Below, piece after piece: positions 43,772 to 56,856 of a DNA stretch of 64,000 bases. The notes under the pieces were generated by a model that saw only the letters and a list, made by a program, of their open reading frames with translations, had not been told where the DNA came from and did no database searches. Source of the stretch: Lepidodermella squamata (taxonomy: Eukaryota; Animalia; Gastrotricha); assembly GCA_047495785.1 (NCBI GenBank), contig JBLDXI010000042.1, positions 3,472,001 to 3,536,000 on the forward strand. The letters are read 5' to 3'. The translations under genes were made by a program, and so were the position numbers. Within the stretch, counting starts at the first letter, position 1. Each line of letters opens with the position of its first letter.

Positions 43772-46700
43772 TTAATGGTTGAGCAGTGGCGTGAGATTGC
43801 TCGCAAAATTAACTTTGAGAATTTCAACGGCCATAGTTTGCCCGCGACTTCTCGCCAGGCTGAAACCAGTCGCGCCAGCCGAATCAGCCAGATGAACAAG
43901 TTCCGGCAATTCGCGAAGAATGAAATGAATAACAGCCAACGAGCCTTGCATACAAGCTATATGGAAGATTGTCCGGCCCTGTTTGTCTGTTGCATAGACA
44001 TTAGCACCGATGGAAATGAGGAATTTGAACACCCGCTCCGAGCCTTTGAAGGCTGCATGGAGAAGCGGGGTCCGGTTCGCGCTGTTTAAAGCTTCGATAT
44101 CAGCGCCTCTTTTTACCAGAACTTCGGCGGCATTGACGCAGTCTCGACCGGCAGCCTCGTGAAGTGGGGTGTTTAGGCTAACTGATTTCCGACCTTCCAT
44201 CAATTTCGGCTCGTATCGAGTGAGAAATTCCAGGGTTTTCAATTTGTTGAAGGTAGCTGCCAAATGAACGGCATTTGACTTGTGCTCCTGCGTTTCGATG
44301 AATAAATCGGGTTTGAAATCGTCAATAACGTACTGCAGAACTTCGACGTTATCTGAGTAGGCGGCTGCGTGCAAAACCGAAAATTGATTGTGGAAATAAC
44401 TGTTTATCAGCCGCCGGTCTTCGTCTGTCAACCGATTTGTCATCGTTTCATGAAAATCCCGGAAGAATTCAACGTCACCCTTACTCGCGGCAACATGTAT
44501 TTTCGGCACCAACTGATCGATATTCAGCGGATTTCCGATTTTTTTCGAACTAGAAGGTGGACATACTGATTGCTTTTCCTGTTTAACTGGCGATTTTGAA
44601 CTATTCTCGAAAGACATTTTCTGCCAAATCAACGCATTATCGATTGGAAGTTCAACAAAATCTTTGATCATCGAATTTGGCAAAATCGATAGAGGATCGA
44701 TTGAAAAATGGCCACTTGATATATCAGAGGTTAGAGACTCAAATTTGGTCAACTTTTCTTGACGTGAGCTGATTTCTTGATGAAGATCGGCCAGCTCATT
44801 CAGCTCGATATGAAGGACTGACTTGTTTTGCAGTTTTGTGAAAGCATCGGCGTTGAAATTCGATGATTTCATTGCCTTTGTGATTTCTTCGAGTTGAGCT
44901 AGTTTAGTTTTCGCCGAAACGTCGATGAGGTCGATAATTCGACGTTTTTTATTGTTAATTATCGCCCTCAGCTTTTCTTCGATTTTTTGAAAGACGTCTT
45001 CAGTCTCAATTTTTGCTTGATTAATTCGATCGTCCATCACCTGGCGAGCTTGGCTCAAAGATCTGGCGAAGTCTGGCAGGCTGGTGGCTGGTGAATCCTA
45101 AGAATGAAGAAAAAACTATAGTTTTACGACAGAAAAGCTATATTTGCAAGTTAATATCGAACCAGGTGGATTTAATAGCGGGAAATATGATCACACCACA
45201 TTTTTGCAAAGGTCATCCAACCGTCGAACATAGCAACCCAATTTGTTTAAAAATCAAAATTGCAGCTCTAAACTACGCCTCTTGAACATAACCGCCATTC
45301 TTCAAACCTTTACTTCAATCCTTCTGAAATGTGTCTGTCAGCGAAAAACTGCTTCTAACAAGTTGCCTCAATTTATTTCTCGAAGATTCCCGTTAGTCGG
45401 GCTCGTCCGATAGTCTCTTAGAAGGCGTCGACGAGCGCGCAACAGAACTCTACGACAAATTATGGTGCTTTGATCTCTTGGTCTTCAATGAAATGAATAG
45501 CTACAAAGTTGATTTTTGTTGTTGTTATGGCTGAATTTCGTGGCGTCTTGCCGCGGGCCGTCGGATCGCCGAATACTGTCGCAGTCCGGACTGATGGGGC
45601 CAACGACGGTGTGGCCATCAGCGGTGGGGCTATCAACAGCACAACACTTGTAGGTTTTATTTACATTCTTTATCTTTGTTACCATTTCGATGTCAAAAAT
45701 GAAGACGATGTCGATGAAGACTCCGTCTGTCAACCCTTATTGACCATACGGTTCGAAAAATCGCAAAACTACTTAATGTGCGTAAGTGACATACTGGACT
45801 GGGAACCGCTGGCGAACGAAGCCGTTGATCTATCTCTGAAGCTGGTTGGCGAGAAGATAAGGTTAAAAATTACGGTGAACCTAGCGTGTGCGGCTGAGAA
45901 ATGGCTACAACAACTGCAAGGCAAAGCGGCATTGGATGATGCTCTTGCTGTCACATATCGAGCGGCAGAAACGGCCTTGGCCTCAGTTTTGATTTCGTGG
46001 TGGCTTGGATTGCTGTTCCCCGGAACCCTGGAAAAAGTCTCGACAAGACTGGAATCTGCCGAGCGACTCAGGCCGTAATAGCGCACGACTGGAACGCGGT
46101 CTTTGGTGACTTCGCACTCTCAGATTACCCTAGAGTCAAATAACCTGACTTCGCGCTACATTAAACGATTATTAAACCCCTTTATACTGCACGATACTTA
46201 TGGGATTCCACCACACGTTGGGAACCCAAATGGTTGCGCACCCACAGGGACGGAGTCCCAAATAAGCAACTGAGTGATGGATAAAAGTAATTCTAATTCT
46301 GAGAGCAGCCAGACGGTGCAAGAGTCTCTTTCAGGTTCCGACCGCTTAAGTGATTCTCCGTCCTAACCGTCTTCGCCATTAGGAAGCCAATCGGAGGCGA
46401 CAAAACGAATGTGGCTATTATACCCAAGATTATCGCCTTTGCAAACGAAGGTAGCCGGAATTCATATATCGAACGATTCATTTGCGACTACGACATTCCT
46501 GATGTCCTTCTTACAGATCGGGGTACCAACGTGGATTCCGTCTTAATCCGGAACTTCTGCGCCTCGCTAGGCATCCGAAATATATTAAAGATGTCGAATT
46601 TCGCATTGGATACTCCAGAGGACGCGAAACTCCTCGTGCAGAAAACCTTCGAGCGACTCCTCACACAGATACGGAGGTCGTCGAGCTACATCCAGCGTCT

Positions 46701-47845
46701 TCCAACGAAGAGACTGTTCAGTTTGTCGAGGCCGGCATTAAGACTCTGGACTCCCTATCATCGGAAAAACTTCATCAGGCATTTAACATCGGAAAAGCCC
46801 TAGCTTTTTTAAAACAGGAACACCCGAAAATCACCATTAACGCGTTCAGTAAAAAGCTCAACGAAAAGTATGACTGGGACCACACATGGTGCTATTCAAT
46901 GCTGCGCAATTATGAATCCTTGACAGATCACCAAAAACTTCTTGATTGTTCTATTCGCCAACATATTTTTAACAGGCTGTCACATAGTTTAAGTCGCTGA
47001 AAAGTACCCTGACTTTTACGAATCACTCTAACTGACTTTCCTTTCATTCGCTCTGAAGGCGTACTTTTGTTGCCTTCCTTGCAATTGCAAAATGCAAACA
47101 AATGCAAAAATATGCGCCGGGAAAATTTTCGAAGCCCTTACGACCTCTTTGTCCTAGAGGATTTCCCTCTTTCACCACGCCCATCTATTTGGGATTGGCG
47201 GCAGCGAGATCTCGCCCAGTTTTCTACCTAGTCGTGCATCCAGACCCAATCTCTCAGAGCAAAATAAAACCTGGGAGATAGAAGTTGTAGTTGTTCTCAC
47301 TATATCGTGGTTTGAAGCTAAATGACTAATGATTACTTTAAAAATAAATTTGAGAAATATCGGTTTGTGTGATTTTTGTCAATTACCTTGTTCAATTCCG
47401 CTAGAATTCCGAGTTTGATCCGTTCTTTGTGGGCAATTTCACAGCAACTGCAGAACTTCAAATTGCAATGACTGCACCATTTACCCTGCAGGCTAGAATG
47501 CGGACAAGACAGGCCAGATTCTTCTTCGGCCGGGCTAGACTTGCCAGAATCATACTCGCCATCCCCCTCATCCGACATCGAAATTCTGAACGCTTCGACA
47601 GTTTTCTGCAATTTCGAATTTGTCCTCAAATTTGACACGTCACCATCTATCCAGTTGATTTTTCGACATTTCGAACAGGTAACTTCACCAGCTTCCGAGA
47701 CAACTGATTCAACACAACGAAGACACATCGAGTGACCGCATTGAGGTAAAGTTTTAGGAATTTTAAACAAATCGCAACAAGTTTTGCAGGTCAAAGCGCT
47801 GAGAAGCTCCGAATCGGCAGATAATAAATGCGAAGGGGAGATCAT
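43772..47845 (-). CDS. TRIM-like RING-B-box-CC-ankyrin copy 3, ~594 aa; 2289-bp TE-containing intron
   Basis: Exon 1 47845-47387 (CKTC..CGHSMCLRC..CSKC; CPH..CSHC..CSCC..H), intron 47386-45098, in-frame exon 2 45097-43772 (DSPATSLPDF.. coiled coil, ankyrins TPLHEAAG, TPLLHAA). Confidence 0.88.
46465..46580 (+). mobile_element. Ty3/gypsy integrase core fragment
   Basis: IERFICDYDIPDVLLTDRGTNVDSVLIRNFCASLGIR (rve .P..i.tD.G..F.S....c..lgi). Confidence 0.8.
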
Positions 47846-47959
47846 TATTTTTCAAAATTCTTTAGCCTAAATAAAAAACAACAGTTAAATGATTTTTTAT
47901 AGCTATATTAGCCAAAATCAAGGTAAATAAGTTCAGGCAACAAATAGTGGAATTCGACA

Positions 47960-49736
47960 TCAACGAGGTAGATTCTGGTCGGAAAGACCGAGGGGTTTAG
48001 AAGTGCCGAATTCTGAAAGTTTGGACAAAAGTTCTTCACAAAGAAATAAAGCAATATCTGAATCCACGTTTTGCCGAACCAACTGGCGCATTCCATTTAT
48101 AGCATTTGCGAACTCAGTCGGTCTCTTGTTAGCCATTTCAGGGGTGAGGCCAGATAAAGTCGTAGATGCGACCTCACGGGGAGAATTAGCAACCCAATTT
48201 TTCTGCAAGGAAGGAGATGAAATTCAAATTTTAATAAAAAATTAATCAGAACATACAGCTTTCAAAGTGATTAATTCGTCAATTTTTTCTTGCATTTTCT
48301 GCGAAAATCGCGATGATTTAGATCTCGATACTTCAAGGTCGTCGAATATTCTTGCAGTTTTTCCAGCAATTTTGCTGCCCAGTATCGAGAAAATAGTTAT
48401 CAGTCCATCGAAAGCTGTTTCAGTTTGAAGAGCTGCCATAAATTCTACGATTGCGTACACATTCTCAAGGTCCGAAATCTCGGCATCGGCGAGTAAGGCT
48501 AAAAGCCTGAAATATAATTTAAAAGTTGAAATATTTATTTTCATTCAAATAAAATACTTGATAATTTTCAGGAAAGCAGCTGGGTCTTCGTCATTTATAG
48601 CCTCAGAAGCGCAAGTCACAAGCTGGGCAACAAATGTGACGTCGAAAATATTTTTGACAGGCGTAAGCTCTTTCACGAGATTAACTGCTTCAGAATAATA
48701 CGCATCGCCGGAGATTTGCTCAATCATCTAAAACAAATTCATAAAATTATTCGAACAATCAATATGATGAGGGACCTACTTGTTCCAATATTAGGACCAC
48801 ACTTTTCTTAAAATCCTCGAGACTTTGCTTTTCCAGGTAATTCCGGAAATCATCGACAGCTTTTGAGTGAGATAAAATAAATTGATGTGACCCAAGCTGA
48901 ATCGAAAATTTATTTTGAACTGGTCGCTGTACTTTCTTCTCGACCAGAAAACCGGTCTGAAATTCATCAAAAAATTAACGTGACCAAGAAAATTTCCAAG
49001 CCAACTTTTTTCGCTTCACCGATGAAAGACCGAACTTCAGCCGATTGTTCGAATTCCATATGGGCACAGGTTGAGTCTAAATATTTTAGGGCGGCCTTAA
49101 AATAGTCAATTTCGTGAATACTGGGTTGCCACGCGCCACTTTCTCGCAGTTCAGTCAATTCTCGAAGCACTTTGTAGATAAAAAAGGTAGAACTCGGGGT
49201 TTGTTTCAACATCGGTTTCGATATCAGCACTTTGTAAAATTTGAAAGACAAAATTTTCACTTTACACAGCTCATTTGCGAACCTGTAAGAAAAACTTTTG
49301 ATTATTCGTAGCAGGTTCTCAAAATATTATACCAAAGACTTTTTACGACTGTATTGACCGAATCGAAGTTATCTTCCCATTGAAATTTTCGGGTCACCCA
49401 GTCGGAAACTGCATTTAAAAACGAATAATTTGACCCGTCACGCAATTTAATGTTAATTTTCGCCAGAATTTTCCCGAGCCGCAGCCACACGCTTGATATA
49501 CGACTCTGCTTTGTCGATAATTCGAAGCATTTTTCCATAATTTTATTGACCTCGGAACTCAGCTGAGATTTGTCTTTGATGCCGCTCAGCATCTGACTGA
49601 TTTCATTGCCGTACTTCTCAATCTGAGTAGGGTCGGACAATAGCCGGTTCAAGACATCTGAAATCGAGGCTTTCACTCGAGGGTCGGGGCCATTGTTTGC
49701 GACGGCATTTTTATCCTCTTGAATGTGTCTCTTCAT
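47960..49736 (-). CDS. Short MIF4G-like family member (about two modules), paralog F
   Basis: ATG 49736 after ttttag; ..VSDWVTRKF..SLW|RFANELCKVKIL.., ..EKIDELITLKA|KNWVANSP.., stop 47960; short GT-AG introns. Confidence 0.7.
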
Positions 49737-49857
49737 CGAGATAAACCTCTAAAAATACGGAAGAATTTGGATTTTTTGTATTCTGACCGAAAAACAAAAC
49801 AAAAATAACAACTGAAATATGAGCTTTTTTGAGGTACAGTGTTCGTTAGAAACAAGT

Positions 49858-52800
49858 CTATTCATCTTTGTTATAACGCGGATATTTGTTCTTGGTGCTA
49901 AAGCTACACCCGGGTTCATCGAATCGCCGTTTATGAGATGAGCATAGGTCTTGAATTTTATCAACAAGACAGTCGCCGATGAAATTAGTCAGCTGTTGAG
50001 ACATGTGGGATCGAACGAAAAGTCGGAGTCGACTAGCTGCCGAGCGAATTTCACGGTCGTTGTTAATTCGATCCATGGCACTAAGCATCAACCTCATTCT
50101 TCGTTGAGCCATTTTTTGCTCATTCAGAGGCGGAAAATAATTCTGAAAAAATTAATTAATTTTAAAATTCAAAATTTAATATGGAAATTACGCTTTTCGT
50201 GGTTATGATTTCGTTGGCAATCAATCTTAAAGTGGATGATACGTTTCTTTCCTCGCTGACTAGAGCTAATTGGTGGCAAAACGCATCGATTCGGTCGCTA
50301 GTGCCCGTGGTAACTGCCTGCCACTCTAAGTCGGCCCCATACCCGGACATCAATTCCAAAGTTTCCAACATCGTAAAATACAGCTCTTCATTTTTCGAAT
50401 GGACCAAAGCTTCGAAAAAGTGTAGGACGAATGCAAACGGCACAGCATTTACGGTATACAGTCTCCCAACCAGCCTATAAAAGTTTTCAATTAAATTATT
50501 TTAAAATGAAAACGACTGCTTCACCTGGTACAATCAACGTATGATTTCAAAAACATTTGCTGGGCGTGACTTGAAATGTCAGTCAAAACGGATTGCTAAA
50601 TTCGAAAAAATTCAATAAAATTCAACAAAATTAGAAAAAACTAACCAAAGCTAAATCCTTTGTCCAAGCAGTTGGGCGTATAGTAGCCAGTGCTTTACTA
50701 AAATTTCTCATCATTTTCAGGCAATATTCCTGCATTCCAAAGGCAAAGGTCACTCCTCGTGGACTCGAAACCGAACCCAGTTCGACGCATATTTGTGCCG
50801 CGTTATCCAAAGTGATTTCTCTTCCGATTCTAGGCAGCAATCTTTCCATAACCGCAGCGACCCCATCGTGAAATCGATTATCAGGTTGAGCAAACAAAAC
50901 TTGCTTGAAATCTCTAACCAGATTAGAAACTATTTCTTCCAATTCTGGCGGATTTTCCGGTGAGCAAATTTCCATGTCGTCATTGCCAGATTGACTGATT
51001 GGCGTCGGACCGAAAGACCTTTTCTCGACAACCGGGGATGGGAGGGATGCTCTTTTTGGTGTGACAGCGGAAATTTGAATGTTCGAAGTGCTATCGCACT
51101 CAGCCACAGGACTTGCTGGCGAGTATTTGACTTCTTTCGAAAAATCGATCACCGCAGTTGGAGTCACTGGGGAAGCTAGGAAAAAATGAAATTCAGAGAA
51201 GATTCTACCGATTTTTACCGCCTTACAGAGAGACGATGTAGATGAAACAGATTTTATGGGCATTTTCTGCTGCTGCCAGCCGCCATTATGGCTGATCTTC
51301 CTTAAAAAAGTGATGATTTTTTGAGTTTTTCCGAATTGCTTATATTTTATTGATGGTGAATGAGCGGCGTCGAGTAATCGTTGTTGTTGACGGTGCCAAA
51401 ACTGGGCCATAGGCTCGTTCAGTACCAAATCGCCAGATTGAACAAGGCCATACACGTATTTCACGACTTTGTAGAAGAAATAAAACACTGGGATAGCGGA
51501 AATAATTTCCGGCTTAATCATGAAATTCGGCAGATAACTGTAGGCCAACAATTTGACCTTACAAAGTATTGTGTGAACTCTGAAAAAATTAATTGTAGAG
51601 CTTATCGTTAGGATTGAACCAATTACTTCAAGGCTCGGGAGGCCTTCTTAACCTCTCCAATGTTGACTAAAACTTTCTGGAAGGTAGCCCTGGACCACAT
51701 AACACAAGCTTTATCCATTGAAGTCGTTATTGAACCGCTTCGTAATTTCAGATTTCTGATAGACTGAATCAACTGCGTATAAGCCTCAGGTAAAGGTCCC
51801 TTCTGGGCCATCTTTATAAAAATAATAATTCAAAAATTGAAGGAATTAATAATGTATGCAATTTTTACCGCTGTTACAAATGAAGCGACTTTTTTCGAGA
51901 ATTCGTTCGAATTTTTCGATCTCAAAAATCGCTGCCTTAATTCTTCCGATATTTGATCTCGCATATCAGGTATCGATACATAGGTACTCAAAATTGTACG
52001 GTAAGGCATCACGTCGATACGCATACTAGTCGTTGAAGGCGTTGGAAGCAGCGGTGGTGGCGATTCCGCCGCTGAAAAATTTATCTTTTCCAGAAAAATT
52101 GGAAAAATGATCACAAAATATACCAGGTATTGTTTCAAAAAGAGACGGCTGATTTTCGCAATCAGGCCCATGGAGGTGGTTATCACGTCGAGCTCTCCAT
52201 TCCAAATACTGGGCAATATTAACGATATCTCGATCATCTGGAGCAATTTTCAACGCACGATTTATGACACCAGCCAAAAAGCAAGAGTAACGATGCCATC
52301 GAAGTTCCTCTTCCGGCGGTAGCTCAGCCAAATTTTTCTCTCTAATTTCGTCGATAGTTTGCAGCAGGGTGAAAATATAGGGGACATAGTAGTCGGCTTG
52401 TTGAGATTTTAGAAAAACATCGGCGTAAATGAGGTAGTGATTCGGAAAAACGAGTTTAGCACTAAGAAGCTCATTCATAAATCTGAAAATTAATGAAATA
52501 TTCAACGATACCAGACAGTGGCCAGAAAATTACTTGAGATGACGCTGCAAAGCCTCAACAATGGGGTCAGGATTTGATAGCAAAATGTTTGCCACAAAGG
52601 CATGAGCATTGGAAAATGCGTCGGAAAAAGGAATACCTCGCATTGCCAATGGAGCCTAAAATTTTTAGCGAAATTAAATAATTTAAGGTGGGTTAATGCT
52701 TTTATGGCATTTTTGAGAAATTGAGCTTACATTACGGCAACAAAACAGTAGATGGCCAACCATATGCTGCGACTCTTGCTTTTCAATCTGCCCAGCTCGG

Positions 52801-52976
52801 TACAGGACTTCAAACAGGAATTCGGTGAAACCTCGAGATTTATCTTCCCGGTCGAGAAGTCTGGACTTGACAACTTCGAAGACACAGTCCACTTCAGCCA
52901 TCGAATTTTTCACAATAATCGAGTCGATCAGGGCATCGTAGCGAAAAACGAACGGCGACGCCGATCCATCCTCCAT
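49858..52976 (-). CDS. Tandem MIF4G-like repeat protein, paralog E
   Basis: ATG 52976; RFMNELLSAKLVF..YIFTLLQTIDE..QYLEWR..HLHGPDC matches paralog D exon 4; Ser/Pro-rich linker; last module LVGRLYTVNAVPFAFV..LRLIANEII; basic tail HKRR..KNKYPR. Confidence 0.72.
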
Positions 52977-53038
52977 CACTCAATAAAGCTCTAAATAATT
53001 GTAAATATTTTTTATTAACTCTTCGAAAAATTCGCGTA

Positions 53039-56000
53039 TCAAATCATAGGTTTCGATTTTTTCGCCGAAATCGGACTGCACAAATCAGAATTATTATCAC
53101 TTCGCTTAGTGGCACTTTTACCGGGATTATCGCTCGCCGAATTTACAGAAAGATTCAAGTTATGAGCATGATTTTTACATAAAGATTGAATTTTGTTGAG
53201 CAAAGCGTCAAAAATCGGCGCGTTAAATTCTTGGGACGAATTCAGATAGGTTCGAATGCCTCTGATTTTATCAACATGGTCAGAACTACTAGGATCAAGG
53301 TCAAACAACATCAAACGCAGCTTTTGAGCCGTCCGCCGCTCTTCACTTTCTGCACTCCAACTTTCCTATAGAAAAATTATCATCAAGTTTATTATCACCA
53401 AAAAGATTAAGGTAGCTTGCTTTATAAGAAGACAGTATTTCTGTGACGACTAGCTTCAGTTTTTCGTCCGCATTCGGAGTTGAGCTAACTTTTGCCAGTC
53501 TGACGTAGTATTCACTCCACCACTGGGTCAAATTGTTGGCGACAGCTTGCGACTGAAGAACCGGCCCAATGTCCCACAACATCTCTAAGAGACCTTCGAA
53601 AGGTTCCGGCCTTTTCGACACAATTGTAGATTCCATGAATTTTACAACAAAATCGAATGATAGCATGTTGATAGCATACAATTTGCCAACCAGCCTTGAA
53701 TAAAAAAATTGTTCAATTCCATAGAAAATAGAATAATTGGGCTTTCTCACCGGGGGCAACAAGTCAGAACTTTAGAACTCGAGGCAAAACTTGGTTTCAA
53801 AACATTCAACAAAAATCGTTGAACACATGCTGTAAAATCGACGTTAGCATTGAAATGCACCTTAAAATTAAAAAAAATGCAAATTGGCTAATATTCAACA
53901 GGATATGTCTACCTCTTGAAGTAAATCGCACAATTTCGTAGCAATTTGGATTGTAAAATCGTCCTCTAGCTGGCTGCAAATTCTCGTCAATACCGAATCG
54001 ACTGAAGCTAAGAAAGTTTCGCCAATTTTCAGAGCCTGCAAATGCTCGATGATCCATTTCGATTGATCGTTATCCAGTCCTTCTCTCAGGTCAATCGAAT
54101 CAATCAAAGTTAGCGGACGGAAAATTAAAGCTTCCGGCTCATTGAAAATCTCAAGAGAAGTTGAAGGTGGTTCTTCAATCGGAACAGGCTCGGGAGTTTT
54201 CGGAGGCGGTTCAGTCGATGCTGTCACTTCTGGTAAGGGTGTTTCACTTGGTCGCAATTCTTGAGCAGGCAAAACCTCGTCTTGACTCGATTTTTCAGCA
54301 ATATCTTCGACTTTTTCAACTGGGTTACCATACAGATCTATCGCATCAAGAACCTTCAGAACTTCTGCTTTGTGGCTGAATTTCGATTTCTCAATAAGTT
54401 TCCGGAAATCTTGACCAATCTCCTTCAAAACGATTTTCATTTCAGCGTGACTTTCAGCAATGAATTGGTCGAGATTTCGCAAAAGATGGTAAATTAAATA
54501 CAAATCGATATTGGAGTGCTCATCCGAAACCAGTAATTTCTTGATTTGATCGACGAAAAACTCGATTGGAATCAATCCGATGGTACATAATTGGAATTTG
54601 AAAGGTGAACTTGACATAAATTCGTCGACTTGCCACTCAGTTTTTAAATCGAAAGGTAAAGACAGGGCCCACTCTTTGATGACCCCTTTGAAGGAGACAT
54701 ATTCACTCTCCAACTTAGTATCGGCCACAAATTTGAGTAAAATTCGAAAATTTTCTGAAATTTCTGATTTTTCACTGCATTCATAAGCCTGAAAAAAAAC
54801 AAAAAATATGAAACAAATGTACTGCCAGTTGGCATATTTTCTCACTTCTCGAATGATGAACGTCACTGCCAGGCTGAAATCAATCCGATTTTTGCAAGAA
54901 CCTAGCGCATTAGCCATAGCTAGAGAAATTTCGTCAACTTTCTGTGGTTGTTGCTTCAGAGTCAACAAATTTTCGGCCATCATTAGCATGAGAAAGTCGC
55001 CGCTATTTTCGGACACCGTTTTGTTTTGAGATGCCATTATTTTCTAGAAAAATGAATGGAAATTGTTCAAATTTCAAGTTAGACGTGAACTTACGGTATT
55101 CACACTTTCAAGGACGTGAACTGCTTTGATAAAATCGTCATCTTTCGGGCAAACTTGGTCGAGTATCGGAATCAACCGAGCTATGGCGCCAGTCCAAAAG
55201 TGAGCATCCTTCGAAGATATACTCCATTTCTCGATTGAGTCAACAATACTGATTAGCTGCAACATAAGCTGAGGCTGCGAGTCATGCAACTTTGAGCCAA
55301 TTATTCGAAAGACAGCAGGAGTTATCAGATCGTTGCTCAGGAAACACTCGGCTAGTCTGAAAATAAAATAATAAACTCAAAGCTCCAACAAAAATCGGAA
55401 AATTCACCTGATTATTCTCGTAAAATCAGCAATTTCTCGCTTAAAATAATGTAAAAAGCCTCGTTTTGCTTGATAGCTGCATAGTCCACCATTATTTCCG
55501 CAAAAATTAATCTTCAAAATTAAGAAATTTTATTAAAATGAAATGAATGTCAGTATTTTACCGTTTTAATAGCATGCGCCAAAGCCAATAGATTTGCGAA
55601 ATTATCGGATTCGACTTCGTGAGAAATCTAAAATTCACATATCATTTCATGAATTGTATCACTTGAACGAATTTACCTTATCAAGTAATGCAAACACGCT
55701 TTTTTCGAACAATGCCAAGTCACAACAATTCAGGATCGATTTCACCTGAGGGATTATCACTTTAACATCGCCGCCTTTAGAAGCAGCTTTTTTGACGAGA
55801 TTCACGATTTCTTCCGGGGTTTTCTTCTCTCCAATTCGGCCCATTAGACTCGAATGAGTTCGCTTCCGAAAATCACCTTTCTGAACAATTCAAGTAAATT
55901 TTATCGAATTTGAATATCGGGTAATTTACAGCTTTTATGGGTAAAACGATGTCTCGAATCACAGCCTTGGCCTGCCGACTCAACGACCGCTCATGCTGAA

Positions 56001-56783
56001 CATTGACCATTCGACGAATGAAAGCCTCCCAAAATAACGCGTCTTCAATGGTTGCGGCTCCTGATAAATGGCCTCGATCCAGCCATTCGTCGAGTAGCCG
56101 CAAAATTTCACAGCCATATATACAGTAACAATTCTCGCTATCCTCCACACTCGATAGCCGTAGTTGTTCGAGCAAATCCTGCAAATAGCTGAATGGAAAT
56201 ATTTTCCGGCTTATCATAATTTTGATAAATCTGAAATATATCAAAATATTAATCAGATTTCAAGAATATTTAACGACTAACTGAAGCCGTTTGCGAAGTT
56301 CAGGAGTGCCATATTGAATTTCTGAAGTTGAACATGCAGCTTTCAAGGCTGTTATAAAATCACCCTCGCCATCAGGCCGGCATATATCAGCGAGTAATTC
56401 AACCATATCGGCATAGACTCCAAGCAACGTAGAATCAGTAAACGAAGCCTAGAAATAAATAAATTTAACTAAAATAAAAGGAAAATTTCAAATAAAATTT
56501 ACCCGTATGGCTATGACTAGGACGATTTGGTCGAAATGGAACGCATCTTTCGCGTTGATTTGTGAAAGGAATTCACGAATTTGCGCAGCAAACCGCTTCA
56601 GCCTGTCGTCTTGGGGATTTGATTCCAGCGATTCTAAAATGTACATGACCGCTGAAGCGAGGCGATTTTGCGCAAAAATCTCGCCTGCTGTCTCCCAAAC
56701 AAGCTGAAAAAATTCAATTTGGATTTTGAAATTAAAATGATTGGAAAGCTAACTTGGACACATTTATCAGCAGACAGTGACAT
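53039..56783 (-). CDS. Tandem MIF4G-like repeat protein, paralog G
   Basis: ATG 56783 (MSLSADKCVQ|gt); repeated FIKIMISRKIFP / FKFQLCTIGLIP / LVGKLYAINML module starts; Pro/Glu linker; tail KRS...AKKSK. Confidence 0.7.
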
Positions 56784-56856
56784 TAATTAAATCGTAAAAA
56801 CCTATTCGCCATCACAAAATTAAAAAAAACACGTTATCATTTGAAATTTTTGGAAA

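Noticed and set aside
36874-45058. Ankyrin ORFs as horizontally acquired endosymbiont genes
   Set aside because: Each is joined by an in-frame GT-AG intron to a eukaryotic RING/B-box exon.
45509-46078. 189-aa ORF as a host gene or gypsy Gag
   Set aside because: Looks like a chimeric read-through across fragments; only a faint L..aA..W Gag-like hint, too weak to call.
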